Of a DNA stretch of 64,000 nucleotides, positions 10,652 to 25,646 are shown one piece after another (the first letter of the stretch is position 1; the number at the start of each line of letters is the position of its first letter). The DNA comes from Octopus bimaculoides (lineage: Eukaryota): positions 27,843,240 through 27,907,239 of the forward strand of contig NC_068987.1 of the NCBI RefSeq assembly GCF_001194135.2, written 5' to 3'. Under the pieces are notes generated by a model, which did no database searches, had not been told where the DNA came from, and worked only from the letters and a program-made list of their open reading frames with translations. The position numbers and the translations under genes are program-made.

Positions 10652-10688
<37 letters not shown>

Positions 10689-10850
10689 ACAGGCTTCTTT
10701 CCGTTTCCGTCTACCAAATCCACTCACAAGGCTTTGGTTGGTCTGAAGCTATAGTAGAAGACACTTGCCCAAGGTGCCACGCAATGGGACTGAATCAGAA
10801 CCATGTTGTTTGGTAAGCAAGCTACTTACCACACAGCCATTCCTGCGCCT
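10443..10850 (-). mobile_element. SINE family A, full length
   Basis: Head aggcgcaggaatggctgtgtggtaagtagcttgc, CORE-like domain, internal (TA)/(CA) tract and tail ...gactgaaacaagtaaaagaatag. Confidence 0.9.
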
Positions 10851-11069
10851 ATAAATAATAATTTACTAGTAATATTACTACTAATAATAGTATTACTAAT
10901 AATTTTACTAATAATTACTTTACTACTACTACTAATAATAATAATTTATTAATAATATTTTACTAATACAACTCCACGAACGTTTCCTTACCACTACTGA
11001 AAATTCTTATGCCTACAATGCTAGGGACAAAGATCATCAGCATGTAAAATTTCAGTAGCTTTTCTGCAA

Positions 11070-11270
11070 AACAAATCGCAATTATGACATGTGCACCTCT
11101 GGCTCTTTCAACGACTTCTCAACATCCTATATTTGTTACCCACTTTGCATTCAAGTTCCACAATACTCTCACAAGGAAAATCTCTTCCAATTGAATTCCA
11201 CCATACATACCTATCCAGTTCAAAAGTATCTCAGGAAAGAAACTGACATGGCTATTCTCCTGAATATATC
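11070..11270 (+). pseudogene. Possible CR1/Jockey-like LINE 3' remnant
   Basis: YPLCIQVPQ and IQFKSI loosely resemble LINE C-termini and the 45480-45870 remnant; by eye only. Confidence 0.25.
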
Positions 11271-12976
11271 TTTTCTATTAAATTTAACAGATACGACAAA
11301 GTGTTATCCTCTACTTTACCAATATTGTCGCTTTCTTTTTCTGCCGTTCTTTTCTCTATATTTACAGAGATATACCCCCAATATCTAAAAACGAACTACA
11401 ATATAACCTATGATGAACAATATCTTTAAGTTTTTAAAATACTGTTTTCTTGCATCATTTTGAAAACTTCAAAACTATATTTTGTCAAATATAGAGCTGA
11501 TTTGCAAGAAGTCACTCACCAGCACACCTCAACCACCGGCACGCATACTATTTCCTCTCTGAAACTTCTCATCTCTATTACAGAGCCCTCTACTACACAG
11601 AGCTAACTAATTTCATACTACCTATACACGAACTCCTAACACGACAACCTCGTCTCTTCTTATCTGCCATTTTTTGTCCGGTTCACCCACAAGACTCACA
11701 AAAACCCGTTATTATTCCGTTTAGAGTACATCATCTTTCTGGAACCGCCTCCTTTTAAATGGTTTTCATGATAGGCAAAATGTTTAACTGTAAAGAAATC
11801 GTCATTAATTTCAGTGCACTTCGAATCTTATGAGTACAACCTCTTCCTCTACATATCACAACAATATGAGTGTGCGCGTGTGTATGTATATGAAAATTAT
11901 TTCTATGTTAAAAATCGACGCATTCTCTGTGTATGTGTCCCACTGGATGTTTCAATGCAGAAATAATACAGGTGGAATTTAAAATTTTATTACAATTTAT
12001 TGTCTGTTGTACTGTACACGTTTTAACTACTTTCATAACTGGAGCATTATTTTGATAGATTCAAACTATATAATACACAAACACACACATATACACAAAT
12101 GTGTATGAGTGGATATATGTGTATGTATGCATGTATGCAGGCATGTGTGTGCATGCGTGCGTGTGTGCGCGTGTGTGTGTATTTTGGTATTTATAAGTTT
12201 ACGCTTGCGTACGTGTGTTCGTATGATAATTGTCTTACAGTGTACGGATAAGGTTTTTGTGAGCTGGCTTCGAATCTCCTTTGAATTATGCCGCTAATGC
12301 ATATGTGAAAAACTTGAGTAACAAAACAATCACACTTCCTTCTTATCAATTTGATGTCTTGTGACTCTTCAAGTAATCATTATACATTAGCAAAATTAAT
12401 ATGCAAGCAAACGAAACTATCGACAGCAAAGTGAGAATAAATAACATTTTATTGCAGAGAAACAAAAAGATTAAATAGATTGGCAACTGAATTTGAAATC
12501 TTAAAAGAAAGAAATATTTTGGGAAATGTATGCACAAATAAACAAATAATTTATTTACAGCGAAACAACTGATTAATCAATATTTAAAAGCAGGTACCAT
12601 TTATTTTCAATCATGTTCTTAATGTGAACATGATACAAACACAAATGCAAAATACAAAACTGAATCTTAGCCTTAGGTAATAAACGAAAAGGAAATATAA
12701 ATGTAAAGAGTTATCGTAAAAGACCTTTTTAAGAAAATCAAGCATATCAACATCAATGAAACAATATTGGAAGCAATCCTCAAAAACATAGAAAAGATAG
12801 TAAAAATTGCTCATTTGAATCAGGTTTATGCAAGTATAGAGTATGCAATGTTACCCTACTGATTAAGGTTACCTATTTATATTAAATCCGATCGTCACCA
12901 CTCAGCAAATTTAATATTGAAGCAATGGCAGCAAAGGCATAAAAGACGCTCTCGGTCATTTACTTAACCAGTTATA

Positions 12977-13015
<39 letters not shown>

Positions 13016-13406
13016 NNNNNNNNNNNNNNNNNNNNNNNNNNNNNNNNNNNNNNNNNNNNNNNNNNNNNNNNNNNNNNNNNNNNNNNNNNNNNNNNNNNNN
13101 NNNNNNNNNNNNNNNNNNNNNNNNNNNNNNNNNNNNNNNNNNNNNNNNNNNNNNNNNNNNNNNNNNNNNNNNNNNNNNNNNNNNNNNNNNNNNNNNNNNN
13201 NNNNNNNNNNNNNNNNNNNNNNNNNNNNNNNNNNNNNNNNNNNNNNNNNNNNNNNNNNNNNNNNNNNNNNNNNNNNNNNNNNNNNNNNNNNNNNNNNNNN
13301 NNNNNNNNNNNNNNNNNNNNNNNNNNNNNNNNNNNNNNNNNNNNNNNNNNNNNNNNNNNNNNNNNNNNNNNNNNNNNNNNNNNNNNNNNNNNNNNNNNNN
13401 NNNNNN
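13016..13406. other. Assembly gap (first of eight)
   Basis: N runs at 13016-13406, 24358-24453, 34028-34478, 37709-38233, 45104-45269, 47497-47888, 53975-54232 and 63107-63272; most abut (TA)n, (CA)n or (TG)n. Confidence 1.
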
Positions 13407-16211
13407 CACACATACTGTTATATATATATATATATATATATATATAGCAGTACGTATGGACAGATAAAGTATTAGAATAAGTAATAAAAAGAAAAAAGTA
13501 TAGGAAGAAAAGAGGAAAGAAAAGAAAATTCCTTGTAAACAATTTGATTCCGAAACTATTCACATTTACAGACATAATAGCTGACATTGACACTTTAAGT
13601 ACATAGCTAGAGAAATGATACGAAGGAAAATGTAGCCTGAAGACATAACGCTCTGCTTACTAATAGGCCATTAACGATTTACCTTTCGGAAAAATTAGCA
13701 TTTTTTAAAATTTCTAATTTGACATTAAAAACACTTTGTGAGAAGAAATTTAATACTTTTCTGATTATATTTTTATAAAGGAGAGAAACATTCCTCACAT
13801 TTAAATTTTGTATAATGAAAACGGACGAACATCTATTTAGAACATTTCTGCGTATTGAAGGGTGCGTTTCAATAAATGGATATATCAATATATGCCCAGA
13901 TCTCGATATGATCCAATAGTTAAGAAACATAATTCAGAATAATGCAATAGCTGGTTCGATGCCACTACGCCACATATTGGGCAAGTGTCCATAAAAAAAT
14001 TTTTTTCTTTTGCTATATGTCAGATGAACTCTACCTGTAATACGACGATTCAACTTAGTCACTGTAAGCCTAAGGATTACGAAAAGAGCACAATTGACTG
14101 AAGGATACTTCGTCGATAACACACCAATGAAATGAACGAGTAGTGCCTTTGATAAAACAACTGCAATTCTTATAAACTGTCATCGATATAAATCTAAACA
14201 AACAACCTGCTATAATATTTTTCTCTTTTTTTTCTTTTGCGTTATTCTTTTTTAGTGGAGCCGGTGTTTGAAAGGAGTGTTCGTATGGATTAAACAATGA
14301 CTGTATGTTGTGATGACACGGACTTAGGACGTCACAGATAAATTTAATGTAACGATAATGAGCAGGTGTATTGCTTCTGTTGTCGGGGTACCAGGTTTAG
14401 TGAGGATTTTGAACAATTGTTACTCATCGGATGCTGACACAGATGATCATTTAGTGTATACCTCCTAGTTCCTTAATGGAACTTCATTATATTGACCTCT
14501 AAAGTCCCAAAGGTCAATTTACTGACTATAGATATATACTCGGAACATAAAGAGGAACATAAAGAGAAGAAAAAGTGACATAAGGCCATCCATTTGATAC
14601 AAGTATTCTCTCAAACCATCACAGGCAATAAAAATCTCATAAATATTTAGTTAGACAACTCTGCCACATATTACATAAGTGTCGAAAGTGCTACAATGTC
14701 ATTTAATGTTGATTACATAAATAAACTAATGACTTAATCATGTCTTTAAATAGTTGAAATGCGATTAAGTTGCAATCTTGAAGGGAATGCAAAAAAAAAA
14801 ACAAAAACAATCACGATTTTCAAAAATATGTACTTTGATAAATTTACTTCTAGATCCTGTAGAAAGAGAAACGTTATCTCATAGCTCAAGAAGTAATGCT
14901 AAAGAAATAACAGACTGGGCTGAAACTATACTGAATATGTATTTGGCGTCATATACTGTAGAACAAATTATTTCAAAATACAAAGGAAAAGAATAAACAA
15001 ATGAATACACAGCTTGTTACCATTATTGATCTTCATTCTATATGTTTGTCATGATCCTTATAGTTTTCAATTGCATATATCAAAAAGTATTCTTTAGAGC
15101 ATAATATCACAATGTAACATATTCTAGAAAGATAAATTATATTTACTCTGGCTTATTTTAAATTTCTACCGATATTATTTGTTTTGTGTCTGTACGTATG
15201 CATATGAGTCTGCATTCGACTGCATCGGGTGAAGTTATGATTAATGTTTGATAGAATAAGCAGACTTAGGAAAATGATGTTATATATAAGTATATATATG
15301 TGTGTGTGTGGGGGGGGGGTGTTTGTTTATGTATATGAAACTGGTCATGCTCAAAGAACATATATAAAGTCCCAAAATAACGGTAGACTTAAATTATTTG
15401 CAACCGAGAAATATCAACTTCAAATTTATCCCTGTAGGTTGTTTCGATGCAAGAATCCTTTTAAATGTTTGAATGACCTTCAAATCTGAATGAAATCATC
15501 CTACTTTGGCAAAAGCCACGAAGGAAATATAACATAAATTTGCATTATTTTTATTATTATTATCATCATCATCATCATCATTTTCTAGCATAATCAAAAT
15601 GTCTGAATATTATTATAGGATATGCATAAGAACAGATTTAGAATTAATAAAAGTTAAATATACAAATTATATCAATGAAATTATTATTCTTGATGTATTT
15701 GAAAATATTATTTGTATATTTCTTATATTTCTTCACATTCTTGAGGATTTTATTAATTAATATACCATCTTTATACATTCCATATTTCACACTATTTTAA
15801 AGAAAACCAGTTAGCAATTATTAATGTTGCTGTAGATCGCATGCGTGTTAGAACTTCGTCATGTCCTCCGTTTTAAGAATACCAAAGTCAATACAGCAGC
15901 CGAACATCCTTCAATAGAAAGTTGGCATTTTGACCAGTCAGAAAATTATTGGAACGACATTCAAAATACAATAATACTAATATAAAATATAAATTTATAC
16001 TACTTATTATGTGGGGAATATCAATTCATACAGTAATATATTTCTCATTTATGTTGTAAAATAGCTTCCACAAATCTCTATCTGCTTAACGTATTTTTTT
16101 TTTTTTTTAGAAACATTATAATTTATGAAAAATATAATTTATGAAACTTCGGTTCAATATTTCTAGAAAACTATTATTTATTAAACTTCGGGTCAACATT
16201 TTCGTTAAAAT

Positions 16212-16526
16212 AAGGTGGCGAGCTCGCAGAATGGTTAGCACGCCGGACAAAGTGCTTAGCGGTATCTTGCTCATTTATACGTTCTGAGTTCAAATGCCAC
16301 CGAGGTCGACAAATTAAGTATCAGGTGAGCACTGGGTCGATGTAAACGACTTACCCACTCTCTAAATATTGTCGGCCTGTTGAGCGTTGGAAAGAATGCT
16401 CATGTATTTCTTCCGACTTTGTATGTTCTGAGTTCAGAATCCACTTCGTCTTTCATTTCTTCGGGGACGATAAAATTAAGTAGAAGTCAAGTAACGAGGT
16501 CGATGATAGTGACTAATTGCCTTCCC
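16212..16526 (+). mobile_element. Two head-to-tail SINE family B copies
   Basis: The first copy (16212-16380) lacks the central segment between gtcgac and aaattaag. A second, degenerate copy follows at once. Confidence 0.75.
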
Positions 16527-18478
16527 TTTGGCTTACATAAGAAGCGATAATTTAAAAAATGATAAGGTGATTGTGAGAAAGGAGCAATAATGACAGGGAG
16601 AACATAATAGTAGTCAATGTTGTTGGCTGTCAGGGTTGCTATTTTAGCATACACTTATATCCATGACAATATCTGGATTCTATATATAAGACTGAAATAT
16701 TTATTCCATCTTGTAAACACTATGCTGAATTTGTTCAAGTATAAATCCAACTAAGAAATATTACTATATTGAGAATAAATGTTGCGATGATTTTTATAGA
16801 AACTAATTTCGTTCAATCAACAAAATGTTTTATATCCTGTGCAAACAAAGGTATTTCATTTCACGAGCAAATAATACAGGATTTAATGATAAAGTTTAAC
16901 AACTAGTAGTTAAATAAACCACAATATGCTGTAGAATAATCAAGTTAGCACAATTTAAATTTTGATTAGATTCATAACCTATTGGTTTCATGAGGTGCCT
17001 ATCAAGGCCACACTTATCCAATTTATGGTATGAGAGAAAGAAGTGAATTCAATATAGGTACACCATCATTCGTAAAGTTTGCCGTGTTACTGCTGGTGTA
17101 CTGCAAGAGTGAGCTGTCCAACTTTACTCAGATATCTACCTATTTACACTTATGCGAATCTGTCGATAGTGATTTGACTCAAATAAATTTTGTGCGAAAT
17201 TACAAACCTCTGACCTATCCATAGTTATTATATCCACTCAGCCATCCACTTCTCATAATGTGACTTCCCATTTTGTTGTCTGAACTAGTAACGATTATTA
17301 CATAGATTTCTATTTCTGTTCATCACTTAAAATGCAAGTAGATGCAGAAAATATTTCCGGTTGATCAACTACGTAATTTACGGTTGTTCAATCTCACGGT
17401 ACGGCAGATTGGTAAAGAGTATTCTGCCTCAGCTATGGCAACCAAAAACATGTGAATGAATTTTTGTAAATAGAAAACAGTTTAAAAGTATCCAGAAGAG
17501 ACCTGCTCTCGTTTTCCTATAACATATTTAATTTATTGCACAGTTTAACAAAACCACTTCATTCATGGTTTGTTTTAGTGGAGTCGTGACAGAGCTTCGA
17601 TCTTGGGAAAACACCTTCACTTCCTGTCATTAGTCTCAGAAGCCTTTAAAGGATGCTCATCTCCCTCCTCTGCCTAAACTATGAAACACATAAAAATATT
17701 GATGTTTTATAGTGATTTCTACTCCAACCATTAGTACATAATCTGGTATAAGTATTTCATTATCATTTTAGCGTGAAAACATTTCATTATATTCATTCTT
17801 GCAAATCGAGGCATTTAAATGTGTTCTTAAAAACTAATCAAAGATTCTCTTGCATATAATTTGGAACACACAGTGATGATGAGGAAATTCTGTCTAGAAA
17901 GAAGCATCATTGTAACGTTTTAAACTATTAATGTTACATTGTAGGGAATATATCTTTGAAAGTGTCAGATCTTACTGTTACTTGCAGCGCACCCAGTGCA
18001 CGAAATTATTAATGTACTAAGAATGTGTTCATGTATAGGCTGTTGTTTTTGTGCAATATTTATTCATATGTGTAAGAATTTCTTCATAGAGTAAAAATTA
18101 TGATTATTTAAAATGCATGATAAGTGCATACTGGAGTTTAGACGAAATTACAAGCTCTTTTCCATACAGGAAACAAAACTGAGCACTACAGAAATATCAA
18201 AAGACTGAAGAAGTATCAAGAGACCAGTGGTTAATAGAAGTGTGGTCGAATTATAAGGTAAATATTCTAATATAATTCAAATAATCCTTTCGAATATACC
18301 CATAGCCTATCATATTTGTATGAAACGGGAAATAAGATACAGCGACGCTCATGCCGTAGTTTAGCCCCAGTAGAACTCTGATCAAGTATACGAAACACTA
18401 ATTGTCATTCCAACTATAGCCATCCTGTGTTTTCTTTGTACGATACTAATTTGTCTAATGTTTCATTTCTTTTTATAG

Positions 18479-18595
18479 ATGTTAAGCTTACATTCGAGAC
18501 AAATTTAGCTGCTATGTCTAGCAGAGGAAGCGTAAACAAACACACTTCCTCATTAATTCTGGAGAAATCTGCATTGGTTCTCGCTGTGCATCAAG
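18479..18595 (+). CDS. Candidate symmetric phase-1 exon of an unknown gene (DVKLTFETNLAAMSSRGSVNKHTSSLILEKSALVLAVHQ)
   Basis: Upstream tactaat/ctaat, pyrimidine tract tttcatttctttttatag, 117 nt open in one frame only, donor AAG|gtatac. No recognised homology. Confidence 0.25.
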
Positions 18596-19589
18596 GTATA
18601 CTTTTGTGCTTTAACAGTTTACTAACATACCTAAGAATACTCAGCACAGTTGTTGTGATATTTCGCTGTTAGATATATTAAACAGAAAGATAGATTACCA
18701 TACCTAAACACTACTAGAGACAAGCCAATTGAAATCATGTGGCTCACTTCAGCTAAGGCCTTCTAACACTGAAGAATATTAGCTTCTTGATTTAATAATC
18801 AAACGTGGTCTTGATTATAATCAGAGGAAGCTAACTTCTACAACCAAGTCATGTGGATTTCAATGTAGTACGTATATGCACACCATTTTAGTAAAACATC
18901 ACTACCGAAATTTATAATATAAATCTATGTTACACAGTCTTTATTATTTTTTTTTTTAGTTAACCTGCAAGAATAAGGTGACTAGCAAATCTTAGTTTGA
19001 AATGGAGCATCTAGAAAATTACAATTAGTCTCTGAATGTACACAATTGTAGCAATAACAAGTAAATCGCTTCTGAAATACACTTTACCGATGTGAATAAA
19101 ACATAATACAATGTAACCCTTGATACTTAAGAATAGAGGATGATCACAGCTGGAAACATTTGACCATAGTCTAGTAAATCAGGATTAACCTGAGGTTAAA
19201 AAGCAATCAGCATAAAAAACAAACTTGACAGAGGTAAAAATGAGGTGTCTGTGCAAGATAATTAAATCTTATATAAAAACATGCAATATAAAAACGCCCT
19301 GGGTGATGAGTTCATATCTAAAACAGTACATATTAACATTGCTATTAGGAGTTTGACCGACTATCCATCTAGGGATAAACAAGCTAGCCAAAAGACTTAA
19401 ATAAGAGTCTCAGATTTCAAAATTACAGTAATCTTCAAATCTCTACATTTGATCTGCAACACTATGGCTCTTAAATTCCTTGCAATTTGAAATGAAGTAC
19501 AAAAATAAACAAATTAGAAAACAGATCAATAAATATAATGTTCCATCTTCAAGAAATTTGATTTTATTCGATTACTCTCGTGAGATTCT

Positions 19590-19672
<83 letters not shown>

Positions 19673-20440
19673 ATTATTTTATACAAATATAAACTTTTAA
19701 TATATCACAATATATGTTGTGTATTTATGTCTGTATGTCCGTATTTTACTGTATATTTAAATTCTTCGAATAAAATAGAAGTTCATAAAAGAAGTAAAAT
19801 GTTTTAATTTTTAAGCGTAAAGAGAAAAAAAGGTTGCGTATAATAAATAATACGCTCATATGTTTACTGTGAAATATTGCAGTTTGAATAATAAATATTT
19901 TTCACCATCTAATATCACACCCGCCAAACGAAAAAAATATCGCCATTAAGTAACTAATGACAAAAACATATGCAAATATGCGACTGATCTTTCATTTCGA
20001 GGATATCAATCCGGTGAGCAGATGATCAATCATCATGAATGTAAAATTCTCAGGCAACTATCACTATTTTAGCGACAATATTGTATTCAGAATTGTAAAA
20101 TATTTTGGCTTTCTTTTTCTTTTTTTCAACTCGCGTCAAAGCAGAAAAAACTATTACAAAATTTAACCAAACCAATTTGATTTCCATCACGTAGTCATAT
20201 TAGTGTAATTACTAAATACAATGTAGTTTTCTTTATATATATATTTTTTGTACCTGTTCTTCATCGGATACTGATGAATTGAACTTAACTTGACTTGACA
20301 ATTATAGACCGTTTATTGTATAGATATAGAAACATTTCTCTAATATAACTGGATAACTAATTATGAGAGTATACGTGCATTAAAACATGCACTATACAGA
20401 GGGATCGGTGGCGAGTAGAAAAATGATAGAAAGAGACAAT

Positions 20441-20493
<53 letters not shown>

Positions 20494-23400
20494 TTAATTC
20501 TTCATCAGTTATCAACCTGAATAGTAATACTCAGTTTCGCACCTTTAACGATATATATATATATATATATACCAACCGGTCATTATAGGGAATTCTCGAC
20601 TGGCGTTTCCCGGAGATTATAGACCCTCTCACTATCTATGTACACAATTATGTGCTTTGACTACAGTGTTAGAATATTTTAGCACATATTTCTAGCAATG
20701 TAGGTGTTTCTAACACCATAGTTATATTTAGTGACAATTATAGTTTTCTTTTTGGGTAATACATTTCACACTGCTGTCTGTAATAATTACATGCATATGT
20801 ATGTGTGTATACATACATACATACATACATATATCAATTGACCCGAACGATAAAAAATATATAAATGCATATATAAGTAAAATAGTACTTATAGTTATAC
20901 TTGCAGTATAGTAATTGTAATATAGTAATATTTACAGTAATGCTTATAATATAGTAATTGTAAAAAGTACGTGCACGTTTGCATTTAAGTATGCCTGTGT
21001 ATGTATTTGAATAACGTATGGATTTGAGTATAAGCCTCCGATAAGACTAATCACCTTTTTTATTGAGTAGATAAATGTTTGATTTATGTGGCCTATGCTT
21101 AACAGTTACGTAGAACAAGACCGATTACGTATATTTTTTTCAGTAGAATCAAATGTCAACTATGAACCCTTTCGTTTTGGTCATCCTGCAGCAAAGTAAT
21201 ATTCATAAGTCAACAGAAAACGTTTTGTTATCAAAGGTACTGATTTTACCAAAGAAGAATGGCAATTTCTGAAGACCCCCTTCCCTGATCTTCAGCCTTT
21301 GCTTGTTAGTAATGTATACTTAAGTTGGTATATACTTGGCTCGTATTTTACCGTCTGGGATATTATGAAATGTAAACTAGACCTACTAAGATTTGCATAC
21401 GAATGGTAGACAGAAAGACTTAATTTCTATAAAGCTTTTCCTCTGTGCTCTATCTTCTTACAAAGAAAATCTCATTTTATTTATAAAACTTCTGCAGCAA
21501 ATGTTGTGAAATAAAACTTGTGGGCAATTATAGTCCATGGCCTTGAATTGCGTCTTGTTGAAAACTTTGGATTATCACATTCTACTACAATATGTTCCTG
21601 CTATCTACCTGTTAAGAATTAATATGAAATGGGTTTTGTATTTTCAGTCAACATCAAATGTAGGTAATATTTTTGCAGAAAGCTGAACTTGCATACTTTT
21701 ACCAATAAAAAGCAGTAGTGCATGGTGAAACTATCTCATTATCAACTAGTGCACTTGAAAATGCTGTTTTATAAAACACTCAACATCCAATCACGTCCAG
21801 TTATTGTATGTGTAATAGTTAGTTAAACATAATATATTTGGTAGTAAATTCTCGACTACCATGTACCAAAGAGCGGCTATTTTTATAAATTTCATGAATG
21901 TCAATCGAACAATCGACCGTCATAGAACAACATATGTAACAAGTTATATGTAATTTTCTGAGGTGTGATTACGCAAATAAAACATTAAGTGCAGGTACGT
22001 TGGTAGATAGTTACAGAGCTGAGCTTGCTGTCATAAGAGATTGGGATCAATTCAAGGACCGGACAATAAGTTTTGTTTCTTAACAAGTCATTTCATTTCA
22101 TAAGTACCAGCTGACTGCTGGTGTTGCTCTTTCTTCTCCCATCCCATGCATTCTCGATCGTTCACTGGATCAAAGTTAGAATGATCAAGAGGATATCTGT
22201 CTGCATTTGATTACATATGCACTTGAAACAATTAGAGAAAGAATAGTACAAGTTACCATGTCTGGCCACGGAGTAGAATTACCAAAAGTGTTTATTGCAT
22301 GATATATGCCGCAGAGGAGAGGGTTTTGAAAGAAAGCTAAAATTTGCTTTCGGGGCGATGGACCACCGAAGAAAACTACAGAAATTAGGCCCTGCAATCT
22401 ATCTTTCCTATTCAAATCCTGGGAACTTTAGTGTGCATTTCATTATTTTCGAGACGAAGAAACATGAGCCACGTGTATGCAGGTGTTAAATTGATACCTT
22501 CGCACATTTAACATTGTAGCAGGAAACTACATATGCAGCTTAATTACTCATAAACACTACTCTCAACAAGTGTAGCTTGTTGCATAATGTATAAGTTTTT
22601 CGTCATCATGTCGCTTTAACATATATTGATTTGAAAAGGAATCCATCAAACTATAATCAAAATGTTCTTCATATCGATTACACATGATGGCATCAATTCA
22701 GATATTTACAGATGACCTGAAGGGTACTACATTTCTGAAGTATTTAGAAAACTTAATTTGATATTTTTTCTCCTTTTGAAATCATAAAATTACCATGAAT
22801 TACGAAATGGTAGAATATCTTTCGATAAAAATCAATATAAAAGTTAATGAGCCAATTATTGAGAAAACTCAAATTCAATTTGATTAAAATTTTGCCTTCT
22901 ATGTATGAATAAGTGATAACTATGTCGGTATTCAAGAATATCCCCAATAAACACTTTGTGTTTCAAACGTAGTTCAATATGAACAAATCTAACTAATGCA
23001 TGGAGTCACAAAAAGGCAATATCATCGGCATTCATTTCCATGTGTACCTCAAAAGGATCATTGAATTACACTTGAACCTATTCTATCATAGAAAGAAAAA
23101 TGTATATTTATCAGTGTATATTATATCTCCTTAAAAAAGAAATATCTATCGTTTCTGTTCTAAGAACACGTTTCTTAAGTAGAATGTAATTTCCATCTAT
23201 GCTACACTGCAAAAGCTGAGAAATTTACCAATTCGAAATATAAAGTGAAATTCACTAAGATATTTATTAAGCTTAAAAGTAATATTAATCGAGATCCCAA
23301 CTATGTATTCTGTATTAATATTTAACCTGAAAAATTAAAATTATTTCTTAGTTTTATATTTTCAAAAATATCTTTAACAAAAATCTCTATAAAAGACTTC

Positions 23401-23894
23401 GTTTAAAATATTAATATTCCTTTCACAGTCATTCCTCTCTGTACTGACTCTGTTTGTTGCAATATAAGTTCATTTTGCAATTTGCTAGTTACTCACTGCT
23501 TAGTATCAGCATACATAGACAATGTTTGTACAAAATACTCCAGTACGTATTCTTTTTAATATATTTCAAAATCCACCAACGCAAGCTCATAATAACCTCT
23601 TTCGACTTTTCCTTTCCAAAGGGTTTTTAAGTCAATATCTACACAGTACTATTTATAGCTCTCATACCTTCGAGTTTCACCGTTCCTACAAGGAAATATT
23701 TCACGTTCTCTCGAAGTTTATAAATTCTTATGATGTCAACACGGATGTCAATACTTAAATCAATAAAGAAAATAAGCATGTGCATGTGCAAGCGTCAGTG
23801 TATGTGTGCGCGCGCGCACGCATACGTGTGTATGTGTGTGTGAGTGTCTGTGTGTGTATGTGGGGGTGTGTGTGAGGTAAAAAAAAAACCTCAA

Positions 23895-24163
23895 ATGGTT
23901 TCCCTTCATGGCAGAATTAATAGACAAGACTAAGCATTTTATCCAATCAAAATCTTCTTATAGTTGCGGAACTGTTTCCAGAGGGAAACGCAATCTTTCA
24001 GGATGATAATGCACCAATTTACGCGGCTAAAGTTGTTACTGAATGGCACGAGGAGCATTATAGTGAAGCTGAACATCTTATCTGGCCACCACAGACCCCA
24101 AATCTCAATATTATTGAACATTTATGGTGCATTTTCGAAAAACAAGTAAGGCATCGATATCCT
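23895..24163 (+). mobile_element. Tc1-family transposase fragment (DD36E spacing), cut off by a SINE A insertion
   Basis: From 23963: VAELFPEGNAIFQDDNAPIYAAKVVTEWHEEHYSEAEHLIWPPQTPNLNIIEHLW, matching the Tc1 QDNAP...WPxQSPDLNxIE motifs. There are 36 residues between the catalytic D and E. Confidence 0.85.
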
Positions 24164-24624
24164 TATTTGACTGCGGCCATGCTAGAGCATCGCCTTTTAG
24201 TCGAAGAAATCGACCCCAGGAGTTACTCCCTGTAAGCCTGGTACTTATTCGGTGGGTTTCTTTTGCCGAACCGCTAAGTTACTAGGACGTAAACACACCA
24301 ACATTGGCCGTCAAGCAATGGCGGGGGGGGGACAAACATAGACTTAAAGATACACACNNNNNNNNNNNNNNNNNNNNNNNNNNNNNNNNNNNNNNNNNNN
24401 NNNNNNNNNNNNNNNNNNNNNNNNNNNNNNNNNNNNNNNNNNNNNNNNNNNNNTATATATATGTATACGATGGTCTTCTTTCAGTTTCCGTCTTCCAAAT
24501 CCACTCACAGGGTTTTGGGCGGCCCGCGGCTATAGTAGAAAATACTTGCCCAAGGTTCCATGTAGAGGGAATGAACCGGAACCGAGTACTTGGGAAGCAA
24601 GCTTCTGACAACACACCTACGCAT
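24164..24624 (-). mobile_element. SINE family A (internal microsatellite falls in the N gap)
   Basis: Collinear with the copy at 10443. Confidence 0.85.
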
Positions 24625-24857
24625 ATATATGCCGCCTCAATTCCAGTTACAGACTCTAGCTTCTAGGTTCTCCATTGCTGATAAATACAAGCAATAAAAT
24701 TAGAAAGACACATATACATATAAATTTGTTATGTTAGGCGTAAATCACACTTGGTTTCAACGGATCTGGTGATAAAAGCACGTCTGGATTCACTGATCAT
24801 GTCGGAAAGCACAACATGGGGAGCAAATTATTTTGAATTTACGTACTAAATTTGTAC

Positions 24858-24891
<34 letters not shown>

Positions 24892-25523
24892 GTATATATT
24901 TGTGTGTGTATACGTGTGTATGTATATATAGGTGTGTATACGTGTGTATGTATATATATAGGTGTGTATGTATGTGGTTATGTATGCTGGCGTCTTAACC
25001 AATGTCCATATACATATGCAAGAGAATTCCAAACGTAATTACTTTTCGTCACGAGGAATAGGCGGTTCCAATGACACGCTTTTAAAACCCACAAATGTTT
25101 GTCCGATGAAGGGAGAAAGTTGTTCACGAAGCGTTGAAGTGGCCCAGATTCTTGCAACACACTGGAGTTTTACAAAAGGCCTCTAAAGATCAGCGAGGAG
25201 TGTTAAAGCGAGTGATGGACAAAGTCTAAACATTGTTTAAGACCTTGGATAGATAATTAGAAATAATGTTCTCTCAATGAGAAAAAAACAACACAGTCGA
25301 TCATAGCGAAAATCATTCCGAATACCTAGATTATGGACTCTGTTACTTATTATACGTTCAAGAAAGTTTTAATGGCCATTACCAAAATTGTCGTCACATG
25401 TACAGAATTATTTTTTTTTAATCTTTTGCTTTTTAAGATACATCGAATATTAACGATACTTTACAAATTTTACTCAGGCCTCAATGCGTTCTTTTGAATC
25501 AACAATAACGTTCACACTTAAAA

Positions 25524-25646
<123 letters not shown>

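Noticed and set aside
21242-21271. DFTKEEWQFL resembling a KRAB-A or PRDM9 motif
   Set aside because: A ten-residue match only; the following residues do not fit KRAB and the splice context is poor.
25040-25200. Mariner-like DEK motif on the minus strand
   Set aside because: Too degenerate to align beyond a few codons.
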